Shown: positions 18,931-32,027 of the stretch, piece by piece | Layout of the letters: each line of letters starts with the position of its first letter | Numbering within the stretch: position 1 is the first letter of the stretch | Assembly (NCBI GenBank): GCA_913045445.1 | Contig: CAJWQP010000004.1 | Coordinates: 1,402-65,401, forward strand | Origin: an uncultured Nitrospina sp. | Lineage (GTDB): Bacteria > Nitrospinota > Nitrospinia > Nitrospinales > VA-1 | Direction: 5' to 3' | Length of the DNA: 64,000 nucleotides | Program-made: the position numbers and the translations under genes | The notes under the pieces: generated by a model | Database searches by the model: none | What the model saw: the letters and a program-made list of their open reading frames with translations, nothing else | Told to the model about the DNA's origin: nothing

Positions 18931-21900
18931 GTGGATAGCTTGACATTATTCGATAAGCCAAAAAATCCTATCTTGTTTGATGCTATGCGGGTTCGCCTTG
19001 CCTCGCCAGAGAAAATCCGCTCTTGGTCTTACGGAGAAGTTAAGAAGCCTGAAACAATCAATTACCGTACCTTTAAACCGGAGCGGGATGGGTTGTTTTG
19101 TGCCAAAATTTTTGGTCCGGTTAAAGACTGGGAATGTAATTGCGGCAAGTATAAGCGCATGAAGCACAAGGGTGTGGTTTGTGAAAAGTGCGGTGTTGAG
19201 GTCATTCTCTCCAAGGTGCGTCGTGAACGGATGGGTCATATTGAGTTGGCCAGCCCGGTAGCGCACATCTGGTTTTTCAAAGGGCTTCCAAGTCGCATAG
19301 GGCACTTGTTGGATATCAGCCTTAAGGATCTTGAGCGTGTTATCTATTTTGAGAATTATGTAGTGATTGATCCTGGTGATTCCGAACTCAAGCCCGGACA
19401 GTTGTTGAGTGAGGAAGAATTCCGCGAGGCAGAAATGGAATTCCCTGACACCTTGAAGGCTATGATCGGTGCCGAGGCCATTGAAGAAATGCTCAAGTCT
19501 ATGGATCTCGATGCTGAATCGGTTCGCCTTAAAGAGGAATCGCTCACCACCAAATCGGTGATGAATAAACGGAAGTATGCCAAACGATTGAAAATAATTG
19601 AAGCGTTTCGTAAGTCGGGGAACAGGCCGGAGTGGATGATCCTCAAGGTCGTGCCGGTCATCCCGCCCGAGTTGAGGCCTTTGGTTCCGCTGGATGGCGG
19701 TCGGTTTGCTACATCGGACTTGAACGACTTGTATCGCAGAGTCATCAACCGGAATAACCGGTTGAAGAGACTTCAAGAGCTGAAGGCTCCGCAGATTATT
19801 ATTCGCAATGAAAAAAGAATGTTGCAGGAGGCGGTTGCCGCCTTGTTTGATAACGGTCGCAGAGGTCGAACACTTCGTGGTACCAACAAAAGGCCACTGA
19901 AATCGCTCAGTGATATGCTTAAGGGTAAGCAGGGAAGGTTTCGTCAGAATCTACTGGGAAAACGTGTCGATTATTCGGGTCGGTCAGTCATTGTGGTCGG
20001 GCCAAAGTTGCAATTTCATCAGTGTGGATTGCCAAAGAAGATGGCGTTGGAATTGTTCAAGCCGTTCATCTTTAACAAGCTTGAAGAAAAGGGATACGCC
20101 ACCACAATCAAGACCGCTAAAAAAATGGTTGAGCAGGAACGTTCAGAAGTTTGGGAGGTTCTTGAGGAGGTGGTCAAGGGGCATCCGATTCTGCTGAATC
20201 GTGCACCTACACTGCATCGACTGGGTATCCAGGCATTTGAGCCAGTGCTTATCGAAGGAAAGGCGATCCAGCTTCATCCGCTGGTTTGTACTGCTTTTAA
20301 CGCAGACTTTGACGGCGATCAGATGGCAGTGCATGTGCCGCTGTCAATGGAAGCGCGGGTTGAGTGCAAGTTGCTTATGCTTTCTTCGAATAATGTGCTT
20401 TCTCCTTCCAATGCAAAACCTATAGCCGTTCCATCTCAGGATATCGTTTTGGGATGTTATTACATGACCAAGATTCGCGGTGGTGTGCTGGGCGAGGGGA
20501 AAGTATTCTCCTGCTCGAAAGAAGTTGTTTCGGCATACGATGCTGATGAGCTGGATTTGCAGGCTCGTATCATGGTGAGGATGGAAGGAGAGCTTGTCCA
20601 GACAACTACGGGTCGCGTTATCATGAGTGAAGTGATGCCTGATGGACTGTCGTTTTCTCATGTGAATCAGCTGATGGACAAAAAAGCGCTTTCCGATTTG
20701 ATTTCGCAATCCTTTTTGGCTGTGGGTCGCGAAAAAACAGTGGGTCTTCTGGATTCAGTAAAGTTTCTTGGATTCAAATATGCTACGGAAGCAGGATTGA
20801 CCATTTCGATTGACCAGATGCGTATTCCACAGAGCAAGGTGCCGATGGTTGATAAAACTCATGATGAGGTTCTCGGGGTTTACAAGCAGTACAGGGACGG
20901 GCTCATCACTAACGGTGAGCGTTATAACAAGGTTATTGATATCTGGGCACATGTTACCGAGCGCGTTTCAGAGGAAATGTTCAGGGAGTTGGAGGAAGAG
21001 GACGAGCAACTCGTGGCAGGTGAGAAAGATGGGGATTTCAACTCCATCTTTATCATGGCAGATTCCGGTGCTCGTGGTAGCGCCCAACAGCTTCGTCAGT
21101 TGGCCGGGATGCGCGGGTTGATGGCCAAGCCCTCTGGAGAAATCATCGAAACCCCAATCACCGCAAACTTTCGTGAAGGTTTATCGGTAATTCAGTACTT
21201 CATTTCAACTCACGGCGCACGCAAAGGTTTGGCCGATACCGCACTCAAGACTGCCAATTCAGGCTATCTCACCCGGCGTCTTGTTGATGTGGCGCAGGAT
21301 ATTATCATCCAGGAGGATGACTGCGGAACCCTGAGAGGAGTTGATCTTACGTCTCTGGTTGATGCCGGGGAAATCATCCAGCCCTTGGGCGAACGTATTC
21401 TTGGGCGTACTGCTCTGGAAGATGTTATTGATCCATTCAATGGCGATGTTCTGGTCAAGGCGAATGAGATGATCGCCGAGGGAGTCGTTGAGGCGATAGA
21501 AAATGCAGGAATTGAAATGGTTAAAATAAGATCCAACCTCACTTGCGAATCTAGGCAGGGGTTGTGCATAAAATGTTACGGACGCAACATGGCTACCTTG
21601 GACTGGGTGGAAATTGGCGAACCTATTGGTGTTATTGCCGCGCAGTCCATTGGAGAGCCGGGAACTCAGCTGACAATGCGTACTTTCCACATTGGTGGAA
21701 CGGCCAGCCGCGTGGTTGAGCAAACCACTTTGCAGACGAAAAAAGGCGGTATTGTGAAATATGCCGGATTGCGCACTCTTAAAAACCAACGCGGTGAAAT
21801 TATCGTGATGAACCGTAATGGTGCCATTGTTATTCAGGATGAGACGGGCCGTGAAAAAGAAAAATACGCAGTTGTTTATGCCGCGCACCTCAAGGTGGCT

Positions 21901-23022
21901 GACGGGCAGGAAGTTCAGCCGGGTCAAACGCTTATTGAGTGGGACCCATACACAAATTCAATTCTTACAGAAGTTGCTGGAACCGTTGCGTTCGGAGATG
22001 TGGTTGAAGGTTTGACCATGAAAGAAGACTTCGATGAAATAACCGGGTTGTCTACCAAGGTAATCGTCAGTCATCGGGATGAGAAAAAGCAGCCGAGAAT
22101 TTCTATCAAGAGTGAAAAAGGGGAAACGGTTCGGCGTTACCTTTTGCCTGCGGGGGCACATATTGGTGTTTCCGAGGGCGAGGCGGTCAATGCGGGTGAT
22201 CTAGTGGTCAAGATTCCGCGGGAAAGTGCTAAGACAAAAGATATCACCGGTGGTTTGCCGCGTGTTGCGGAACTGTTCGAAGCACGCAAACCTCATGAGC
22301 AGGCAACCATTACCGAAATTTCAGGTAAGGTCAAGTTTGGCGGATTCGTCAAGGGCATGAGGCAGGTGTTTGTTGTGAGCGATTCGGGTGATGAATGTGA
22401 GTATCTTATTCCACGCGGAAAGCACATCAACGTTCATGAAGGCGATGACGTTATTGCCGGTGAAGCCTTGATGGATGGCGCGACGAATCCTCATGATATT
22501 CTGCGCGTACTTGGTGAGAACGAACTGCAGTATTATCTCGTCAATGAAGTACAGGAAGTTTATCGCTTGCAGGGCGTGGCCATCAACGATAAGCATATTG
22601 AAGTCATCGTTCGGCAGATGTTGCGCCACCTGATTATAGAGGATCCCGGTGAGACTCCATTCTTGTTAGGGGAGCAGGTCACCAAAAAAGTTTTCAATGA
22701 AGCCAATCAGGAAGCGATTAAAAACAAGAAAAAACCTGCGAAGGGAGCACCTGTTTTACTCGGTATCACCAAGTCATCGCTGAGTACAGAAAGCTTTATT
22801 TCCGCTGCATCCTTCCAGGAGACGACCCGCGTCTTGACCGAGGTGAGTGTGAGCGGGAAGCGGGACAACCTGATAGGATTGAAAGAAAATGTAATTATGG
22901 GTCGATTGATCCCTGCCGGAACAGGATGTCGGGCATATGCAGGGATCCGGATCGAGGAGCCGGAAATAGAGGAAGAAGAGAAGAAGGTGGAGGCGGAGGA
23001 GACCCCGCTTGCGGTGGAGTAA
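18931..23022 (+). CDS. rpoC: DNA-directed RNA polymerase subunit beta-prime
   Basis: 1363 aa. It has the zinc-binding motif [20 protein letters not shown] and the catalytic [15 protein letters not shown] start after GGAAGGAG. Confidence 0.99.
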   Translation: MDSLTLFDKPKNPILFDAMRVRLASPEKIRSWSYGEVKKPETINYRTFKPERDGLFCAKIFGPVKDWECNCGKYKRMKHKGVVCEKCGVEVILSKVRRERMGHIELASPVAHIWFFKGLPSRIGHLLDISLKDLERVIYFENYVVIDPGDSELKPGQLLSEEEFREAEMEFPDTLKAMIGAEAIEEMLKSMDLDAESVRLKEESLTTKSVMNKRKYAKRLKIIEAFRKSGNRPEWMILKVVPVIPPELRPLVPLDGGRFATSDLNDLYRRVINRNNRLKRLQELKAPQIIIRNEKRMLQEAVAALFDNGRRGRTLRGTNKRPLKSLSDMLKGKQGRFRQNLLGKRVDYSGRSVIVVGPKLQFHQCGLPKKMALELFKPFIFNKLEEKGYATTIKTAKKMVEQERSEVWEVLEEVVKGHPILLNRAPTLHRLGIQAFEPVLIEGKAIQLHPLVCTAFNADFDGDQMAVHVPLSMEARVECKLLMLSSNNVLSPSNAKPIAVPSQDIVLGCYYMTKIRGGVLGEGKVFSCSKEVVSAYDADELDLQARIMVRMEGELVQTTTGRVIMSEVMPDGLSFSHVNQLMDKKALSDLISQSFLAVGREKTVGLLDSVKFLGFKYATEAGLTISIDQMRIPQSKVPMVDKTHDEVLGVYKQYRDGLITNGERYNKVIDIWAHVTERVSEEMFRELEEEDEQLVAGEKDGDFNSIFIMADSGARGSAQQLRQLAGMRGLMAKPSGEIIETPITANFREGLSVIQYFISTHGARKGLADTALKTANSGYLTRRLVDVAQDIIIQEDDCGTLRGVDLTSLVDAGEIIQPLGERILGRTALEDVIDPFNGDVLVKANEMIAEGVVEAIENAGIEMVKIRSNLTCESRQGLCIKCYGRNMATLDWVEIGEPIGVIAAQSIGEPGTQLTMRTFHIGGTASRVVEQTTLQTKKGGIVKYAGLRTLKNQRGEIIVMNRNGAIVIQDETGREKEKYAVVYAAHLKVADGQEVQPGQTLIEWDPYTNSILTEVAGTVAFGDVVEGLTMKEDFDEITGLSTKVIVSHRDEKKQPRISIKSEKGETVRRYLLPAGAHIGVSEGEAVNAGDLVVKIPRESAKTKDITGGLPRVAELFEARKPHEQATITEISGKVKFGGFVKGMRQVFVVSDSGDECEYLIPRGKHINVHEGDDVIAGEALMDGATNPHDILRVLGENELQYYLVNEVQEVYRLQGVAINDKHIEVIVRQMLRHLIIEDPGETPFLLGEQVTKKVFNEANQEAIKNKKKPAKGAPVLLGITKSSLSTESFISAASFQETTRVLTEVSVSGKRDNLIGLKENVIMGRLIPAGTGCRAYAGIRIEEPEIEEEEKKVEAEETPLAVE

Positions 23023-23050
23023 AACAAATTTAATCAAGCGCATTTTTATC

Positions 23051-23078
23051 TTGACTCCATCAGAATCGGTGTTAAAAT
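23051..23078 (+). promoter_or_regulatory. candidate sigma70-type promoter upstream of rpsL
   Basis: TTGACT (23051-23056), a 16-nt spacer, then TAAAAT (23073-23078). It lies in the 168-bp gap after rpoC. Confidence 0.45.
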
Positions 23079-23190
23079 TATCGACCTTTCATATCTTGTT
23101 TGATTAACATTCCAAGCCCAAAAAACTTTGGTTTGGTTTCCTACAGGCCCTGTAGAATCAATAGGTTGCCTGGTAGGGGGGGTATTATCT

Positions 23191-23565
23191 TTGCCAACAA
23201 TAAATCAGCTGGTCCGGTCGGGGCGTAAGGCTCCAATCAAGAAAACTGCTAGCCCGGCACTGAAGTCGTGTCCGCAGAAAAGGGGTGTTTGTGTGCGTGT
23301 TTATACATCGACACCGAAGAAGCCAAACTCTGCGTTGCGGAAAGTGGCTCGTGTGAGGTTGACTAACGGGATGGAGGTCACTACATACATCCCCGGAGTT
23401 GGGCATAATTTGCAGGAGCATTCAATTGTTATGATTCGGGGGGGCCGTGTTAAGGATCTTCCCGGTGTTCGGTACCATGTGGTGCGGGGAAGTCTAGATA
23501 CGCTTGGTGTGGATGGCCGTATGCAAAGTCGGTCTAAATATGGCACTAAGCGTCCTAAAAAATAA
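23191..23565 (+). CDS. rpsL: 30S ribosomal protein S12
   Basis: The TTG at 23191 gives (M)[12 protein letters not shown]...[19 protein letters not shown], a canonical S12 N-terminus. A G-rich SD lies upstream. The track start at 23128 is an in-frame upstream extension. Confidence 0.95.
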   Translation: MPTINQLVRSGRKAPIKKTASPALKSCPQKRGVCVRVYTSTPKKPNSALRKVARVRLTNGMEVTTYIPGVGHNLQEHSIVMIRGGRVKDLPGVRYHVVRGSLDTLGVDGRMQSRSKYGTKRPKK

Positions 23566-23580
23566 GTGAAATAATAATCA

Positions 23581-24051
23581 ATGGCTCGAAGAAGAGAAGC
23601 AGAAAAAAGACAGATTTTACCAGATCCCAAGTTTAACGATCTTTTGGTTGCCCGCTTTATCAATAATCTTTTGAAGCAGGGTAAAAAGAGCATTGCCGAA
23701 GGTATTTTCTATGGTGCCCTGGATTCAGTGGGCGAGAAAACCAAGGAAGACCCGATCAAAGTGTTTAAGAAGGCGGTGGAAAATGTTTCGCCTCATCTGG
23801 AGGTGAAGTCCCGCCGTGTGGGTGGTGCAACTTATCAGGTGCCGGTCGAGGTTAAGGATAGCCGCCGTGTTGCTCTTAGCATACGCTGGATGATCCAGAA
23901 TGCCAAGGGTCGGTCGGGTCGTTCGATGGCCGAGAAGCTTACGGGTGAAATTGTTGACGCTTATAATAATGCGGGTGGGGCCATTAAGAAAAAAGAGGAT
24001 GTCCACCGAATGGCAGAAGCCAACAAGGCTTTTGCTCATTACAGGTGGTAG
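23581..24051 (+). CDS. rpsG: 30S ribosomal protein S7
   Basis: Motifs [18 protein letters not shown] and [17 protein letters not shown]. Confidence 0.97.
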   Translation: MARRREAEKRQILPDPKFNDLLVARFINNLLKQGKKSIAEGIFYGALDSVGEKTKEDPIKVFKKAVENVSPHLEVKSRRVGGATYQVPVEVKDSRRVALSIRWMIQNAKGRSGRSMAEKLTGEIVDAYNNAGGAIKKKEDVHRMAEANKAFAHYRW

Positions 24052-24059
24052 AGAATATA

Positions 24060-26165
24060 ATGAGTAAGAAGTTAGATCTTGATAAAGTTAGAAATATAGG
24101 AATTATCGCGCACATTGATGCGGGGAAAACAACGACCACCGAGAGGGTTTTGTATTACACGGGCCGGAGCCATAAAATAGGCGAGGTTCACGACGGAAAC
24201 GCTACGATGGACTGGATGGAACAGGAGCAGGAGCGTGGAATCACGATCACTTCGGCAGCGACCACCTGTTTCTGGCAGGATCATCAGGTTAACGTGATTG
24301 ATACTCCAGGTCATGTGGATTTCACGGCGGAAGTCGAACGATCATTGAGGGTTCTTGATGGTGCGATCGGAGTTTTCTGCGCGGTGGGCGGTGTTGAGCC
24401 TCAGTCTGAAACGGTATGGCGGCAGGCTACTAAATATAAGGTTCCTAGAATCGGATTCGTCAATAAGATGGATCGCGCGGGCGCTGACTTTTTGAATTGT
24501 GTCGGGCAGATGGAGGAGAGGCTTAAGGCCAATACTGTTCCCGTGCAATTGCCTGTGGGGGCAGAGGCCGAATTTGTTGGGATCATCGATTTGATTGAAA
24601 TGAAGGCCAATATCTACAGCGAGGAAAATGATAAGGGTGAGACGTATGAGGTTGTAGACATTCCGGAAGAATGCCGGGAGTTGGCTGAGGAGTATAGAGA
24701 AAAATTGATGGAGGCTGTCTCGGATATAGATGATTCCATTATGGAAAGATTTCTGGTAGGGGAGGATGTGCCGGAGGAGGAAATCATTGCGGCGATTCGT
24801 AAGGGAACTTTGGAACTTAAGATAACGCCTATTTTGTGCGGCGCGGCATTCAAGAACAAAGGTGTTCAGCAGTTACTGAATTCAGTTGTGAAGCTTCTCC
24901 CTTCTCCCTTAGATGTTCCTCCCGTGCAAGGTACCCACCCTGATACAGCAAAAGAAATTACCAGAAAATCTGATGACAGTGAGCCTCTGTCTGCATTAGC
25001 GTTTAAGATAATGACCGATCCTTTTGTCGGTCAGCTGGCGTTTGTGAGGGTGTATTCGGGCGAGCTGAAAAGCGGATCCTATGTATACAACACCACCACC
25101 GGTAAGCGTGAGCGTGTGGGGCGTCTGCTTCGGATGCACTCCAATAAGAGGGAAGAGATATCTTCTGTAAAGGCGGGGGATATCGGCGCGGCTATTGGGT
25201 TCAAGAAAACATTTACGGGAGACACCCTTTGTTTGCAGGAAGACCCGATTATTCTGGAGTCGATAGTTTTCCCAGAGCCTGTTATATCGGTGGCTATTGA
25301 GCCTAAGACAAAAGCCGAGCAGGAAAAGCTTTCAGATTGTATGGTCAAGTTACTGCAGGAAGATCCTACGTTTAGCGTCAAGGTTGATGCAGAAACAAGC
25401 CAAACGGTAATTTCCGGGATGGGTGAGTTGCATCTGGATATTCTGGTTGACCGGATGCGTCGTGAGTTTGCATTGGATGTGAACGTTTCTCAGCCGCAGG
25501 TGGCTTATAAGGAGACGATCAGGAAAACGGTTGAACATGAAGTTAAATATGCCAAGCAGTCTGGTGGTCGAGGGCAGTTTGGGCACGTGGAAATCAAGGT
25601 AGAGCCGCGCGAGGCCGGGACCGGATTTGAGTTCATAAATAAGATTGTGGGTGGCGCGATTCCCAAGGAGTACATCCCTGCTGTTGAAAAGGGGGTTAAG
25701 GAGTCTATGGAGCGCGGCATCATGTGTGGCTACAACGTTGTTGATATTCAGGTGACTTTGTTGGATGGTTCGTTTCATGAGGTCGATTCTTCTGAAATGG
25801 CATTCAAGATAACTGGTTCCATGGCGTTTAAAGAGGCGTGTGCCAAGGCCGACCCAGTGTTGCTGGAGCCGGTGATGGACGTGGAAGTTGTTACGCCTGA
25901 TGAGTTTATGGGAGATGTGATTGGTAACCTGAATTCCAAGCGAGGGAAGGTTAAGGAGTTGAGTGACAGGGCGGGAGCGAAGGTGATTCGAGCAGAGGTG
26001 CCGTTGTCGGGTATGTTCGGGTATTCAACCGATTTGCGATCTGCTACTCAGGGCCGAGCCAGCTTCTCCATGGAGTTTTCTAAATATGAACCTGTCCCTT
26101 CAATGATTGCAGAGGAGTTGGTTGCAAAGGCGACAGGGGTTAAAAAATTAGCTGTTGAGATATAG
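24060..26165 (+). CDS. fusA: elongation factor G
   Basis: Motifs [23 protein letters not shown] and [11 protein letters not shown], with the domain IV/V pattern. The ATG at 24060 ([12 protein letters not shown]) is preferred over the track GTG at 24045. Confidence 0.97.
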   Translation: MSKKLDLDKVRNIGIIAHIDAGKTTTTERVLYYTGRSHKIGEVHDGNATMDWMEQEQERGITITSAATTCFWQDHQVNVIDTPGHVDFTAEVERSLRVLDGAIGVFCAVGGVEPQSETVWRQATKYKVPRIGFVNKMDRAGADFLNCVGQMEERLKANTVPVQLPVGAEAEFVGIIDLIEMKANIYSEENDKGETYEVVDIPEECRELAEEYREKLMEAVSDIDDSIMERFLVGEDVPEEEIIAAIRKGTLELKITPILCGAAFKNKGVQQLLNSVVKLLPSPLDVPPVQGTHPDTAKEITRKSDDSEPLSALAFKIMTDPFVGQLAFVRVYSGELKSGSYVYNTTTGKRERVGRLLRMHSNKREEISSVKAGDIGAAIGFKKTFTGDTLCLQEDPIILESIVFPEPVISVAIEPKTKAEQEKLSDCMVKLLQEDPTFSVKVDAETSQTVISGMGELHLDILVDRMRREFALDVNVSQPQVAYKETIRKTVEHEVKYAKQSGGRGQFGHVEIKVEPREAGTGFEFINKIVGGAIPKEYIPAVEKGVKESMERGIMCGYNVVDIQVTLLDGSFHEVDSSEMAFKITGSMAFKEACAKADPVLLEPVMDVEVVTPDEFMGDVIGNLNSKRGKVKELSDRAGAKVIRAEVPLSGMFGYSTDLRSATQGRASFSMEFSKYEPVPSMIAEELVAKATGVKKLAVEI

Positions 26166-26215
26166 TTGATAATAAATAGATAGACGATTTTAAAACATTC
26201 TTGGAGTAAACCCAG

Positions 26216-27406
26216 ATGGCAAAAGAGAAATTTGTCCGAGACAAACCGCATTTGAACGTTGGAACGATTGGTCACGTTGATCATGGCAAGACGACGCTGA
26301 CTGCTGCGATTACAGAGGTCCTTTCTAAGAAAGGATATGCTGAAACAATTGCTTTTGATCAGATTGATAAGGCACCGGAAGAAAAAGAGCGTGGTATCAC
26401 TATCGCTATCGCTCACGTTGAGTATAAGACAGACAATCGTCATTATGCGCACGTGGATTGTCCGGGTCATGCTGACTACGTTAAGAATATGATTACCGGT
26501 GCGGCGCAGATGGATGGTGCCGTTATTGTTGTAAGCGCCTCCGATGGTCCTATGCCGCAGACGCGAGAGCATATTCTGCTGGCTCGCCAGGTAGGTGTTC
26601 CGAAGATTACTGTGTTCATGAATAAGTGTGACATGGTTGACGATGAGGAATTGCTGGACCTCGTTGAGATGGAGATCAGAGAGCTTCTGAGCAAGTATGA
26701 ATTCCCTGGTGATGATGTTCCGGTTATTCGTGGAAGTGCTTTGCAGGCTTTGGAGAATCCGGAAGATGAAGAGAAGACAAAGTGTATCTGGGATTTGATG
26801 AATGCCCTGGATACTTATTTCCCGGTTCCGGATCGTCCCGTTGATAAGGATTTCCTGATGCCGATTGAAGATATTTTCTCGATTTCTGGTCGTGGCACGG
26901 TTGCTACGGGGCGTATTGAGACGGGAATCATTAAGGTTGGGGAAGAAGTCGAGATCGTTGGCTTTCGCCCAACCACGACAACGACCATAACCGGTGTTGA
27001 GATGTTTCGAAAGTTGCTGGATGATGGGCAGGCGGGTGATAACGTGGGGCTCCTGCTTCGTGGCACCAAGCGCGAGGATATTGAGCGTGGGCAGGTCATT
27101 GCCAAGCCTAAGAGTATTACACCGCACAAAAAGTTTAAGGCGGAAGTGTATGTTCTCAGTAAAGACGAAGGAGGACGCCACACGCCTTTCTTTAACGGTT
27201 ATCGTCCGCAGTTTTATTTCAGGACGACCGATGTGACAGGTGTTTGTACCTTGCCTTCGGGTGTTGAGATGGTTATGCCGGGTGACAATGTCACCATGGA
27301 TATCGAGTTGATCACTGAGGTTGCAATGGATAAGGAGCTTCGGTTCGCTATTCGTGAAGGCGGTCGTACGGTTGGCGCTGGAGTCGTGAGCGAGATCACT
27401 GAATAA
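26216..27406 (+). CDS. tuf: elongation factor Tu
   Basis: Motifs [41 protein letters not shown] and NKCD. Confidence 0.99.
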   Translation: MAKEKFVRDKPHLNVGTIGHVDHGKTTLTAAITEVLSKKGYAETIAFDQIDKAPEEKERGITIAIAHVEYKTDNRHYAHVDCPGHADYVKNMITGAAQMDGAVIVVSASDGPMPQTREHILLARQVGVPKITVFMNKCDMVDDEELLDLVEMEIRELLSKYEFPGDDVPVIRGSALQALENPEDEEKTKCIWDLMNALDTYFPVPDRPVDKDFLMPIEDIFSISGRGTVATGRIETGIIKVGEEVEIVGFRPTTTTTITGVEMFRKLLDDGQAGDNVGLLLRGTKREDIERGQVIAKPKSITPHKKFKAEVYVLSKDEGGRHTPFFNGYRPQFYFRTTDVTGVCTLPSGVEMVMPGDNVTMDIELITEVAMDKELRFAIREGGRTVGAGVVSEITE

Positions 27407-27714
27407 TGAGCGATCAGAAAATAAAAATTAAGCTGAAGGCTTACGACCATAAGTTGCTTGACTGGTCGGTTGGTGAAATAGTGGAAACCACTAAACGTAC
27501 TGGTGCCAAAGTGGTGGGTCCGATTCCTTTGCCAACCGTGCGCAACCGATGGACGGTTTTGCGATCGCCTCATGTGGATAAGAAGTCACGTGAACAGTTC
27601 GAAGTTCGTACTCATAAGCGGATTATGGAAATTCACGAACCCACACCTCAGACTGTAGATGCGTTGATGAAGCTGGATTTATCTGGTGGCGTGGATATTG
27701 AAATCAAACTTTAA
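27406..27714 (+). CDS. rpsJ: 30S ribosomal protein S10
   Basis: Motifs [15 protein letters not shown] and [15 protein letters not shown]. Its ATG shares one base with the tuf stop (TAATG). Confidence 0.97.
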   Translation: MSDQKIKIKLKAYDHKLLDWSVGEIVETTKRTGAKVVGPIPLPTVRNRWTVLRSPHVDKKSREQFEVRTHKRIMEIHEPTPQTVDALMKLDLSGGVDIEIKL

Positions 27715-27738
27715 GTTGCAGGTATAGAGTAAATATAA

Positions 27739-28359
27739 ATGGATGCTTTGATTGGAAAAAAAGTGGGTATGACGCAGGTGTTCTCGAAAGAGGGCAACTG
27801 TATTCCCGTGACCGTGGTTCAGGTTGAAAAATGTGTTCCTTTGCTTCGGCGAACACAGGATCGGGATGGGTATGATGCGATTCTGGTAGGGTACGGCACA
27901 AGGAAGTCAAAGCATACGAATAAGCCTGAGCAGGGATTCTATGACAAGGTCAAGGCTGAGCCGGCCAGGTTGCTCGCTGAGTTTCGTGATCAGGGTGTTA
28001 CAGATGAGGAGATGGGCAAGCCTCTTAAGGTAGATATTTTTAGTGAGGGAGATAGTGTCAGCGTTGTCGGGACCTCGAAGGGTAAGGGGTTTGCCGGGGT
28101 CTTTAAGCGGTGGGGTTTTGGCGGTGCGCCTGCGTCTCATGGGCATCACGAAATTTATCGTGGTGGTGGCTCGATCGGAATGCACACTTATCCGGGTCGC
28201 GTGTTCAGGGGCAAGAAGATGCCTGGGCATATGGGGTCTAAAAAGGTTTTTGTCAAGAACCTTAAGGTTGTGCGCGTTGATACAGAAAATAATGTATTGC
28301 TTATTAAGGGCGCCGTGCCGGGAGCTTCGGGCGGGATTGTCAGAATTGTTAAATCGTAG
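27739..28359 (+). CDS. rplC: 50S ribosomal protein L3
   Basis: Motifs GKKVGMTQVF and GTSKGKGFAGVFKRWGFGG. Confidence 0.97.
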   Translation: MDALIGKKVGMTQVFSKEGNCIPVTVVQVEKCVPLLRRTQDRDGYDAILVGYGTRKSKHTNKPEQGFYDKVKAEPARLLAEFRDQGVTDEEMGKPLKVDIFSEGDSVSVVGTSKGKGFAGVFKRWGFGGAPASHGHHEIYRGGGSIGMHTYPGRVFRGKKMPGHMGSKKVFVKNLKVVRVDTENNVLLIKGAVPGASGGIVRIVKS

Positions 28360-28376
28360 CGTCTAACGGAAATATT

Positions 28377-29003
28377 ATGCCGCAATTGGATGTATTAGAT
28401 ACTGAGAATAAAAAGGTCGGGAATATCGAGGCCGCCACCAGTGTGTTTGATGTCAAGGTCAACAACCACCTGATCAAGCAGTATGTGGTCTTGCAGCAGG
28501 CCAGTCGGCGTTTGGGCACGGCTTGTACGAAATCAAGTTATGGTCAGCTCAGTGGCAGTGGAAAAAAACCCTGGCGTCAAAAGGGAACAGGCAGGGCTCG
28601 TGTCGGAAAAACGAGATCGGCTATTTGGCGGGGTGGCTTGACTATTTTTGGTCCCACGCAAAGAGATTACAGTTTTAAGATGAATAAAAAAGCCAGGAAG
28701 CAGGCTCTCAGGTCGGCGCTTACGGACTGCTTTCAGGGAAACCACATTGCTGTGGTTGATAAGATTGACCTTGAAAAACCAAAAACAAAAGAAGTGGTTC
28801 GGATAATCAAATCCCTTGGGCTACCTGAGAAGACACTGTTTCTGGTTTCAGAAAAAAATGAGAATCTTGAGTTGGCTGTGCGAAACCTGCCTACAGTGAA
28901 TGTGCTTCCGGTAGAGGGGTTGAATGTGTACGATCTTCTCCTTCACGAAAAAATTGTATGTACGCCGGAGACGGTGAAGAAACTTGAGGAGCGACTGGGC
29001 TGA
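28377..29003 (+). CDS. rplD: 50S ribosomal protein L4
   Basis: Contains GSGKKPWRQKGTGRARVGKTRSAIWRGG. Confidence 0.97.
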   Translation: MPQLDVLDTENKKVGNIEAATSVFDVKVNNHLIKQYVVLQQASRRLGTACTKSSYGQLSGSGKKPWRQKGTGRARVGKTRSAIWRGGLTIFGPTQRDYSFKMNKKARKQALRSALTDCFQGNHIAVVDKIDLEKPKTKEVVRIIKSLGLPEKTLFLVSEKNENLELAVRNLPTVNVLPVEGLNVYDLLLHEKIVCTPETVKKLEERLG

Positions 29004-29293
29004 TGAGCGACTATTACCAAATTCTACAAAAACCTCTCGTTACGGAAAAAAGCACGCAAATGCTTGCAGAGGGGAACTGGGTTTCGTTTCGAGTGAACCC
29101 GCAAGCTAACAAGATACAAATTAAAGATGCCGTGGAAAAAATATTCAGTGTGACGGTGACAAAGGTAAACACCTTGATTGTTCCCGGCAAGTACCGGCGT
29201 TTTGGTCGGACATTGGGTCACACAAAGTCATGGAAAAAAGCGATGTTGCGCCTTAAGGAAGGTGACAAAATCGAATTGTTTGAAGGAGCCTGA
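29003..29293 (+). CDS. rplW: 50S ribosomal protein L23
   Basis: LVTEKS...[20 protein letters not shown], in the position between L4 and L2. Confidence 0.95.
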   Translation: MSDYYQILQKPLVTEKSTQMLAEGNWVSFRVNPQANKIQIKDAVEKIFSVTVTKVNTLIVPGKYRRFGRTLGHTKSWKKAMLRLKEGDKIELFEGA

Positions 29294-29298
29294 TCTTA

Positions 29299-30135
29299 AT
29301 GCCTGTTAGAAAATTAAAACCTCGATCTCCCGGTGTTCGCTTTCGTACCATTCCCGGATTTGATGAGATCACCAAGTCAACGCCGGAAAAGAGTCTGCTT
29401 GTTTCTATTGCTCGTAAGGGTGGACGTAATAATCGTGGGCGACTGACGGCCAAACGGCGTGGGGGTGGGCACCGTAAGCAGTACCGCATTATTGATTTCA
29501 AAAGAAACAAGGATGGTGTCGAAGCCAAGGTCGAGGGGATTGAGTACGATCCGAATCGTTCGGCCAATATTGCCCTGTTGGTATATGTTGATGGAGAAAA
29601 ACGCTACATCCTTTCGCCGGAAGGATTGAGGGTCGGTGACAAGATTACCTCTGGGGATCAGGCTGAAGTCAAGGCTGGAAATTGTTTGCCGCTCAATAAG
29701 ATTCCTGAGGGAACTCTCTTGCATAATATTGAAATGCGTTGTGGAAAGGGAGGGCAGATAGCTCGAACTGCCGGAGCATCGGTTCAGTTGATGGCCAAGG
29801 AAGGTGCGTATGCTACCTTGAAGCTTTCTTCAGGTGAAGTTCGATTGATCGACATGAATTGCCGAGCCACTATCGGAGTGGTGGGAAACTCTGAGCACGG
29901 GAATGTTTCATTCGGTAAGGCAGGAAGATCCCGCTGGGTTGGACGGCGACCCCGAGTGCGTGCGGTAGCAATGAATCCTGTCGATCATCCTATGGGCGGT
30001 GGTGAAGGTCGATCTTCTGGAGGGCGGCATCCATGTAGTCCCTGGGGTCAGCCTGCTAAAGGACTTAAGACAAGAAAGCCACGCAAGAGTTCGAACAAGT
30101 TTATTTTGAATCGGCGTAAGAAGCGAAAAAAATAA
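29299..30135 (+). CDS. rplB: 50S ribosomal protein L2
   Basis: Motifs [22 protein letters not shown]-like and [16 protein letters not shown]. Confidence 0.98.
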   Translation: MPVRKLKPRSPGVRFRTIPGFDEITKSTPEKSLLVSIARKGGRNNRGRLTAKRRGGGHRKQYRIIDFKRNKDGVEAKVEGIEYDPNRSANIALLVYVDGEKRYILSPEGLRVGDKITSGDQAEVKAGNCLPLNKIPEGTLLHNIEMRCGKGGQIARTAGASVQLMAKEGAYATLKLSSGEVRLIDMNCRATIGVVGNSEHGNVSFGKAGRSRWVGRRPRVRAVAMNPVDHPMGGGEGRSSGGRHPCSPWGQPAKGLKTRKPRKSSNKFILNRRKKRKK

Positions 30136-30162
30136 TTCTGTTTTTATTATATTAAGGAAATT

Positions 30163-30444
30163 ATGTCGCGATCACTGAAAAAAGGTCCTTTTATTGACGA
30201 TCATCTGTCGAAGAAGGTCGAGGAGATGAATCGCCAGGGGGACCGGAAAATTATTAAGACCTGGTCTCGTAGGTCGACAATAAGTCCGGATTTTGTTGGG
30301 CATACCATGGCGGTGCATAACGGGAAAAAGTTTATCCCGGTATTTGTCACTGAGAATATGGTTGGACACAAGCTGGGGGAGTTTTCTCCGACTAGAACGT
30401 TCCGATCGCATGGCGGCAGAACCAAAAAAGCGGTTACTAAATAA
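30163..30444 (+). CDS. rpsS: 30S ribosomal protein S19
   Basis: Motifs [12 protein letters not shown] and [29 protein letters not shown]. Confidence 0.98.
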   Translation: MSRSLKKGPFIDDHLSKKVEEMNRQGDRKIIKTWSRRSTISPDFVGHTMAVHNGKKFIPVFVTENMVGHKLGEFSPTRTFRSHGGRTKKAVTK

Positions 30445-30467
30445 AACGTTTATCAGGTATTTGATCA

Positions 30468-30803
30468 ATGGATGTCAGGGCATCATTAAAACATACTCGA
30501 ACGGCTCCGCAGAAAGCGCGGCTGGTGGCCAAGCTGATTCACGGTAAAAACGTGAGTGACGCTATGAATATTTTGCAGTTCACGCGCAAAAAAGCGGCTC
30601 GGATTATACAGCAACTTTTGAAATCGGCTCTTGCCAACGCGGAAGAAAACCACAAGGTTTTGGATGTGGATGACATGTTTGTCAAGCAGGTCACCGTTGA
30701 TCAGGGTGTGGTCATGAAGCGGACGATGCCCAGGGCGAGAGGCACAGCGAATACAATTCGCAAGCGGTCAAGCAATATTTGCCTGGTACTTGGCGAAAAA
30801 TAA
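30468..30803 (+). CDS. rplV: 50S ribosomal protein L22
   Basis: Motifs [17 protein letters not shown] and [10 protein letters not shown]-like. Confidence 0.96.
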   Translation: MDVRASLKHTRTAPQKARLVAKLIHGKNVSDAMNILQFTRKKAARIIQQLLKSALANAEENHKVLDVDDMFVKQVTVDQGVVMKRTMPRARGTANTIRKRSSNICLVLGEK

Positions 30804-30817
30804 AACAGGAGGTTTGC

Positions 30818-31507
30818 GTGGGTCAAAAAGTTCATCCATATGGATTCCGATTGGGAATCAACAAAACCTGGGCATCGAGTTGGTATGCTCGTGGGGAGTT
30901 TCCCGTTTTATTGTTGGAGGATATCAGGCTCCGGCAGTACATAAAGAAAACTTTATCGCATGCGGGTATTTCGAAGGTCGAGGTGGAGAGAAGCGCCAAT
31001 CGGGTCAGGGTCAATATCCATACGGCTCGACCGGGAATCATCATTGGGAAAAAGGGGATGGAGGTTGACAGGCTCAAGGAAGAATTGCAAAAGATGATCA
31101 GCGGCAAGCAGGTGAACTTGAATATCAAGGAAGTGCGTCGGGCGGAATTGGACGCCAATCTTGTTGCTCAAAACGTAGCATTGCAACTCCAGAAACGAAT
31201 TTCTTTCCGCCGGGCCATGAAGAAGAGTGTGTTGTCTTCGCTTCGATTCGGGGCGCTGGGAATTAAGATCAGAGTTTCGGGTCGTTTGGGCGGGGCGGAA
31301 ATCGCTCGAAGTGAATGGTATCGGGAGGGTCGTGTGCCTCTGCACACCTTGCGAGCCGACATCGACTATGGGACGGCAGTTGCAAGTACAACCTTTGGTG
31401 TGATTGGTGTCAAGGTCTGGATTTATCGCGGAGACATTCTGCCGGGTAAGGCCAGCGAGGGAGAGGCGGTTCCTGCCGGTGCCAAAGAGGGAAAAAAGCG
31501 AAGCTAG
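30818..31507 (+). CDS. rpsC: 30S ribosomal protein S3
   Basis: The GTG at 30818 follows AGGAGG and gives (M)[23 protein letters not shown], a canonical S3 N-terminus. The track start at 30779 overlaps rplV. Confidence 0.96.
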   Translation: MGQKVHPYGFRLGINKTWASSWYARGEFPVLLLEDIRLRQYIKKTLSHAGISKVEVERSANRVRVNIHTARPGIIIGKKGMEVDRLKEELQKMISGKQVNLNIKEVRRAELDANLVAQNVALQLQKRISFRRAMKKSVLSSLRFGALGIKIRVSGRLGGAEIARSEWYREGRVPLHTLRADIDYGTAVASTTFGVIGVKVWIYRGDILPGKASEGEAVPAGAKEGKKRS

Positions 31508-31588
31508 AAACAGCGATAATGAATTTACCGGCTTTTTGGCGGGTGTGTTGAAACAACTATAAAATTGTAAGATCGGAGAATTTGCATC

Positions 31589-31996
31589 ATGTTGATGCCT
31601 AAAAAAGTCAAATATCGCAAACGTCATAAAGGCCGAATGGGTGGAACGGCGTTTCGCGGTGGCAATTTGGACTTTGGTTCCTTTGGATTGCAGGCGCTGG
31701 AGTGCGGGCGCATTACAAATAGACAGATTGAAGCGGCGCGTATTGCCATGACCCGTCACGTAAAGCGTGGTGGAAAGATATGGTTGCGAATATTCCCGGA
31801 TAAGCCGATTTCCAAGAAACCGGCTGAAACCAGAATGGGAAAAGGTAAAGGCGGTCCGGAGTACTGGGTTGCTGTTGTCAGGCAGGGAAGGATGCTCTAC
31901 GAGATGGAGGGGGTTCCTGAAGATATCGCCAAAGAGGCGTTTCGGCTGGCGCAGCATAAGCTGCCTATCGCGACACGGTTTGTTACTAAAAAATAA
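31589..31996 (+). CDS. rplP: 50S ribosomal protein L16
   Basis: Motifs [19 protein letters not shown] and [16 protein letters not shown]. Confidence 0.97.
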   Translation: MLMPKKVKYRKRHKGRMGGTAFRGGNLDFGSFGLQALECGRITNRQIEAARIAMTRHVKRGGKIWLRIFPDKPISKKPAETRMGKGKGGPEYWVAVVRQGRMLYEMEGVPEDIAKEAFRLAQHKLPIATRFVTKK

Positions 31997-32027
31997 TTGA
32001 GGCGCCGTTTGCGGTGCAGAGGGAATT

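Noticed and set aside
18946-19776. 276-aa minus-strand ORF, plus many other 60-220-aa antisense ORFs within rpoB/rpoC
   Set aside because: They lie completely inside the strongly supported rpoB/rpoC frames. Their composition is typical of antisense translation of conserved genes.
26048-27181. 377-aa minus-strand ORF
   Set aside because: It is antisense to tuf and the end of fusA, and it has no motifs. EF-Tu identity on the plus strand is unambiguous.
30953-31957. 334-aa minus-strand ORF; likewise 34823-35761 (312 aa) and 37540-38355 (271 aa)
   Set aside because: They are antisense to rpsC-rplP, rplF-rplR-rpsE and secY-adk respectively. All of those plus-strand genes have canonical ribosomal, SecY or Adk sequences.
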